NCBI RefSeq assembly: GCF_009914755.1
Contig: NC_060928.1
Reading direction: 5' to 3' (one strand)
DNA length: 64,000 nucleotides
From: the human T2T-CHM13v2.0 reference genome, Homo sapiens
The notes beneath the pieces were generated by a model. That model did not search any database. It was not told the DNA's origin and saw nothing but the letters and a program-made list of their open reading frames with translations. The position numbers were made by a program, and so were the translations under genes. Below, one piece after another: positions 61,926-64,000 of the stretch. Positions within the stretch are counted from its first letter, which is position 1. Every line of letters starts with the position of its first letter.

Positions 61926-63975
61926 TGATATGGTTTACATATTTGTGCCCTTTAAATCTCATGTTGAAATGTAATCCCTAGTGTTAGAGGTGGAGGCTGG
62001 TGGGAGGTGTTTGGGTCATGGGGGGTGGATTCCTTATGAAAATCTTGGTGCCATCCTTGCAGTAATAAGTGAGTTCTCACTCTGAGTTCACACAAGGTCT
62101 GACTGTTTAAAAGAGTTTGACACCTCTCCTTTCTTATGGTCTCACTTTCACCTTGTGACAGTCCCCTCTCCTTCTACCATGATTGTAAGTTTCATGAGGC
62201 CCTTACCAGAAGCAGATGCTGGAGCCATACTTGTACAGCTTGCAGAACAATGAGCCAATTAAATCTCTTTTCTTCATAAATTACTCAGCCTCAGGCATTC
62301 TTTTATAGCAATTCAAGAATGAAATAACACAGAAAATTGATACCAGGAGTTGGGCATTGCTATAAAGATACCTGAAAATGTGGAAGCAAGTATGGAATTG
62401 GGTAATGGGCAGAGGTTGGAAGAGTTTGGAGGCCTTAGAAGAAGACAGGAAGATAAGGGAAAGTTTAGAGCTTCTCAGAAATTTGTTAAGTGGTTGTGAC
62501 CCAAGTGTTGATAGAAATATGTACAGAGAAGAAGGCCAAGTTGATGAGGTTGCAGATGGAAGAGAGGAAGTTAATGGAAACTGGAGCAAAAATCCCCATG
62601 TTATGCCCTAGAAAGCAGCTTGGATGCATTGAGTCCATGTCCTAGGGCTCCATGGAAGTTTGAAATTAAGAGTGGATGACGTAGGGTATCTGGCAGAAGA
62701 AATTTCTAAGCAGTGAAGCACTCAAGGTGTGGTCTGGCTGCTCCTAACAGCCTACATCAGAAACAGGAGCAAAAAATGATTTAAAGTTGCATCTGATATT
62801 TAGAAGGAAAGCAGAGTATAAAAATTTGGAAAATATGCAGCCTGGCCCTGTGGTAGGAATAGAATCTAAGTAGGATGCAGAGCAACCACTTGCTAGAGAG
62901 ATTAGCATGACTAAAGAGGAGGCAGGTGCTAATTTCCAAGACAATGGGATAAAGGCCTGGAAGGCATTTCAGAGAACTTCAAGGTGGCCTCTCTCATCAC
63001 AGGCCCAGAGACCTAGGATAGAATAATGGTTTTGTGAACCAGGAACAGGGCATCACTGCCCTGCACCACCTCAGGAGGCTACTCTTCCCATCCCAGCTGT
63101 TCCAGCTTCAGCCTGAAGGTGTAAGCTGTAAGCCTTATTGGCTTCCACATGGTGTTAAGCCTGCAGGCATGTAGAATGCAATAGTGAAGGAAACTTAGCA
63201 GTGTCCACCTAGATTTCAGAGGATATATGGAAAAGCCTAGATGCCCAGACAAAAGCTTGCTGTAGGTGCAGAGTCCCCACAAAGATACTCCACTAGGGCA
63301 GTGCTGAGGGGAAGTATGGGATTGGAGCCCCCATAGAGAGTCCCCACTTGGTCACTGCCTAGTGAAGCCGTGGGAAAGGGGAACACTGTCCTTCAGCCCC
63401 GAGAATGGTAGAGACAATGGCAGCTTGCAACTCCAGTGTTGAAAAGCCACAGACACTCCACTCCAACCAATTAGAGCAGCCACAGGGACTGAACCATGAA
63501 AAGCCACAGAGGTGGAGCTGCCCAAGACCTTGGGAGCCCATCACTTGCACCAGTATGCCCTGAATATGGGACATGGAGCCAAGGATTATTCTGGAGCTTT
63601 AAGATTTGATGAGTTTCTGACTTGCATGGGGCCTGTTACCCCTTTCTTTTGTTCAATTTCTTCCTTTTGGAATGAAAACGTCACCCAATGCCTGTATCAC
63701 CATTCTTTCTTGGAAGTAAATAACTTGGTTTTGATTTTACAGGCTCATAGGTAGAAGGAAAATACTTTGAGTCTCAGGAGACTTTGGAATTTGGACTTGA
63801 TAATGGAATAAGTTAAGACTTTGGGGGACTATTGGGAAGAGATGATTATATTTTGCAATGTAGGGGCCAGAGGTGGAATGATATGGTTTGCATACTTGTC
63901 CCTTCAAAATCACAAGTTAAAATGCAATCCCCAGTGTTGGAGATGGCATCTGGTGGGATGTGTTTTGGTTATGAA
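61926..63975 (+). mobile_element. MSTB-like MaLR: LTR 61926-62331, internal 62332-63878, 3' LTR from 63879 to near the window end
   Basis: TGATATGGTTT...AAATCTCATGTTGAAATGTAATCCC LTR, MaLR-internal ORF remnants, second LTR start after AGGGGCCAGAGGTGGAA. Confidence 0.9.
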
Positions 63976-64000
63976 AGATTTACAAATAGTAATCACATGG

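Overview
Primate (human-like; contains AluY, THE1, MER11, MER85) AT-rich, repeat-dense genomic DNA. I find no recognisable cellular protein-coding gene, RNA gene or CpG island. Every ORF-track entry I can assign comes from L1, Alu or MaLR-internal sequence, and the rest look like chance ORFs. The first 18 kb is a nested structure. An old L1MB-type element is interrupted by an apparently full-length L1MA-type element with a ~137-bp monomer array in its 5' UTR. That L1MA carries six later insertions (MST/MLT1A LTR, Tigger4a, THE1, an ERV1-type LTR, MER11, MSTB), two of which contain Alus. The rest is a mosaic of L1, L2, MIR, Alu, MaLR/ERVL LTRs and DNA transposons. The most unusual signal is three independent, locally templated inverted duplications of 110-165 bp at roughly 88-91% arm identity: a near-spacerless 329-bp fold-back palindrome (56848-57176), an inverted copy of an MLT2 end plus unique flank (25586-26259), and an inverted copy of an MST-internal segment (11951-12871). 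A MER85 with an intact PGBD3-type palindrome lies about 50 bp from a strong CTCF motif. Repeat subfamily names are from recalled consensus motifs, not a database search, and identities are hand counts.
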